Shown in pieces: positions 61,499 through 64,000 of a DNA stretch of 64,000 nucleotides. The stretch lies in contig CBFFRP010000242.1 of assembly GCA_965644295.1 (NCBI GenBank), positions 170,401-234,400 of the forward strand, given 5' to 3'. The translations under genes were made by a program, and so were the position numbers. This stretch comes from Paraphysomonas bandaiensis (taxonomy: Eukaryota; Protista; Chrysophyceae). The first letter of the stretch is position 1. Each line of letters starts with the position of its first letter. Below the pieces are notes generated by a model. That model had not been told where the DNA came from, did no database searches, and was given only the letters and a program-made list of their open reading frames with translations.

Positions 61499-64000
61499 TG
61501 TAGTTACTGTTATACGTGGAGTTATACGGTGTTATACTGCGGTACTCTAGGTAGCATGCTGTTGTACTTTCATTTTCAGTTTATTTAGTATACATTGCGG
61601 TTACTGTATTCTTGAAGGGATATAAGTCCCGTATATGTACAAGTATGATACTGTAAACTGTAGATGATTCACAGCAAGATAGAGTGTTGTATGATTTCAC
61701 TTTTTCTTTACACGTTTTAACGTAATTTAATTCATTCTATACTCGCGGTTTGCTTGTGTTAGGAGGCAGTTTCACCGGTTTGGTGTTCTGGACAGTGTAT
61801 TCTCGGTTTGGGAAGCACTTTAAATTCATATAAAACGTTGTAAACACGGTCTTTCTCATCAGAAAGATTACAGTATTAATACTTTAGTCGGATAGAAAGA
61901 AACATTGTTTATTTATATTATTGTCGACTATGAGTTCGGAAGAAGAGGTTTCAAAGATTATGGAGTTCCTTCAGCAGCGGTTTGCTGAACAAAATGAACA
62001 GTTTGCTCAACAAAAGCAGCGGTTTGCTGAACAACAAGAGCAGCTGAACAAGCGTTTTGAGTCCATCGATCTTCATTTCGAAATGTTCGAACAAAGATTG
62101 CAGCAGTTGGAGTCTCGACGTTCCTCAAGACGAGCGATTCCAGCTAATTCAGATCTACTTCAGAACAGAACCGATGAGAACTGTATTGTGCAGAATGTTG
62201 TCAATGATATGTTGGAATTTGTTGAGCAGCAGGACGTTCAGTCAGAGTCATTCGAGGCTGAGATTTTTGTTGATAATTCTCAAGTTGTTATGCAGCATGT
62301 TGCCATTGATCCTGAAATGGTAATTCCAAATTCCTTTGGAAAAGAGACTACTGCCAATGATGCTACAGATGTAATCGAGCGCATGTCAGTCGTACCTTTT
62401 TCAGTGTTCAATTATTCGGTGTTTGAATATTCCTTGTTTATGCTGATAAAGCAAGATGCAGCTTGTTACGTTTTTCAGTTTCTTACGTTGAACAAGAGTT
62501 TGAGTTTATTGCTTTCAAATCTTGTGTTTATTGCGGAGCATGGGCCAGGGCCGCCATTAATTCAGTAAGTTCAATTCCAAATCCAGCAAGTGTCTTTTGT
62601 TTCAAAGTTCATCTTATTATTTATGATGATGCAATATTTATCATGGTTTTATTCATTTTATTTCGGAATGGATTGAGGTTGTTGTGAGCCTTACCGTTGT
62701 GATGGGAGTTACAATATGGGAGTTCTGAGTTTTTGAGAAGTGTGATCCATATTCAATAATGTCTAGTTAAAATTATGCTCAATAGTCCTGTGTGATACTG
62801 ACTACTACGAGAGAATAATTCGGTTTTAAGTTCAATGTATAAGAATGGGTTTCAGTGAATTTATCAAGTTTCAATGAATGACAGTATTGTCTGAGATTGG
62901 TAAAAAGTCTGCAAAGAGTTGTTCAATATCAATGGTATGGTTTCAACATCAATGGCAAGCAATTATTGTTATAGTTTTGCAAGGGTCATGTATGGTTTGG
63001 ATAAGTTTTGCAATACTATATGATTCATATACGAAAGTTTAATTTCAGAGGAAGTAAACAGTTTTTAATGAACGCGATTGCCTCTATGTGAACAGAATGT
63101 AAATTTTGATGTTGTAATTTCAGTATGAGGAAAGTATATTTGGAGCAATATGTTTTCAGTGTGCTTTGCATTTTGTATTAAAGAGAATGAATAGAAACAG
63201 GAAGGAGTTGGAGATATTCATTGTCTTGTTGATGCTTATAAAATGGTTACTCAGTTTTTTTGGATCTGCAATGGGATTGAATTTGAATATATGGTATCCA
63301 TAAATGCAACGAATTAACTTGTCTAAATTCATGGTTAGTTGTTGATTGAAAGTTGTTCGAAATTGAAGTTTCTGTTACGTTGAAGTGAATATGGTTCAGT
63401 GATACAACATGTCAATGAAATTTTGAAAACTTTGTCGCTGGTATTTTTCAATTGTTTGACTGTATTATGCATCGGGTATGAGATCGATGGTTAAGTGTCA
63501 ATGATATTTGGAGGTATGGTGTTGATAATACTATTGCATGCGAAAGAATTATATATGCTAGTGATGGTTAACTTCGAGACTAAAAATGGGAGTTATTACT
63601 TTGCGAGCTTGTTGTTATTTCAGTTGATATTTCTATTGTTGGATTCTTTTCAATGAGATTGCGTTGAGTGGATCATTCTATTGTTTACAATATTATAATG
63701 TTGTATCTGAGGGAAATCGTTACGTATGGTTACTGAAATATAAGACCAGTGCACTATGTTCGTATATATTCAGAATGAGATGAATGATGTTTTGATTGGG
63801 GTGGTTATTGATTGGTCCGGTGATATTTTCATTAATCAAATATTGTTTCGTTCTAAAATCGAGAGGATGAATTACAATTATTGTACAAAATAAGATATGT
63901 CAAAGTAGAGTTTGGTGCACAAATACATGGATGATGGTGGTTGATTACTTTCAGATTCAGTTGTCAAAATGGGTTGTAAGACACTTACGGTTTCCAGTTG
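61499..64000 (+). mobile_element. Third element of the Gypsy lineage (5' LTR, truncated gag, AT-rich non-coding interior) inserted into the second; probably non-autonomous
   Basis: LTR 61499-61872 (TGTAG...TTACA) shares U5 motifs with the 461-bp LTR (cacgttttaa, tcgcggtttgc, acagtgta, gcactt, taaaacgtt); gag N-terminus resembles 41286-42860; no long ORF after 62568. Confidence 0.75.
61930..62568 (+). pseudogene. Truncated gag-like ORF
   Basis: IMEFLQQRFAEQ...LESRRSSRRA aligns by eye with LMQYMREQREYMEQRF...RRSGRSSRA; similarity is lost downstream. Confidence 0.6.

Overview
Eukaryotic nuclear DNA with short (about 45-60 bp) GT-AG introns; the gene content suggests a stramenopile or similar protist (inference). 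Host genes: a giant secreted FN3/PA14/filamin-repeat protein (partial, minus strand, missed by the ORF track), DBR1, a membrane-anchored beta-propeller protein, a kinesin-4-like motor with a SAP domain, a kinase lacking DFG, a sulfotransferase-like protein, an intron-containing GH24 lysozyme with Cys-rich repeats, a coiled-coil/IQ-like protein and an AKAP7-type 2H phosphoesterase. Much of the window is nested transposable elements: hAT-type MITEs, a Copia inserted into a hAT terminal repeat, and several Gypsy elements. The most striking system is an unusual Gypsy lineage with three members here. Its RT carries IFDN instead of YxDD in two diverged copies, one with identical LTRs. A 10-bp palindrome and a conserved U5 multi-hairpin replace the tRNA primer-binding site, Gag has a CCCH finger, and the integrase ends in a chromodomain plus an extra domain. 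One member carries an intact antisense SET-domain methyltransferase ORF apparently inside its 3' LTR.
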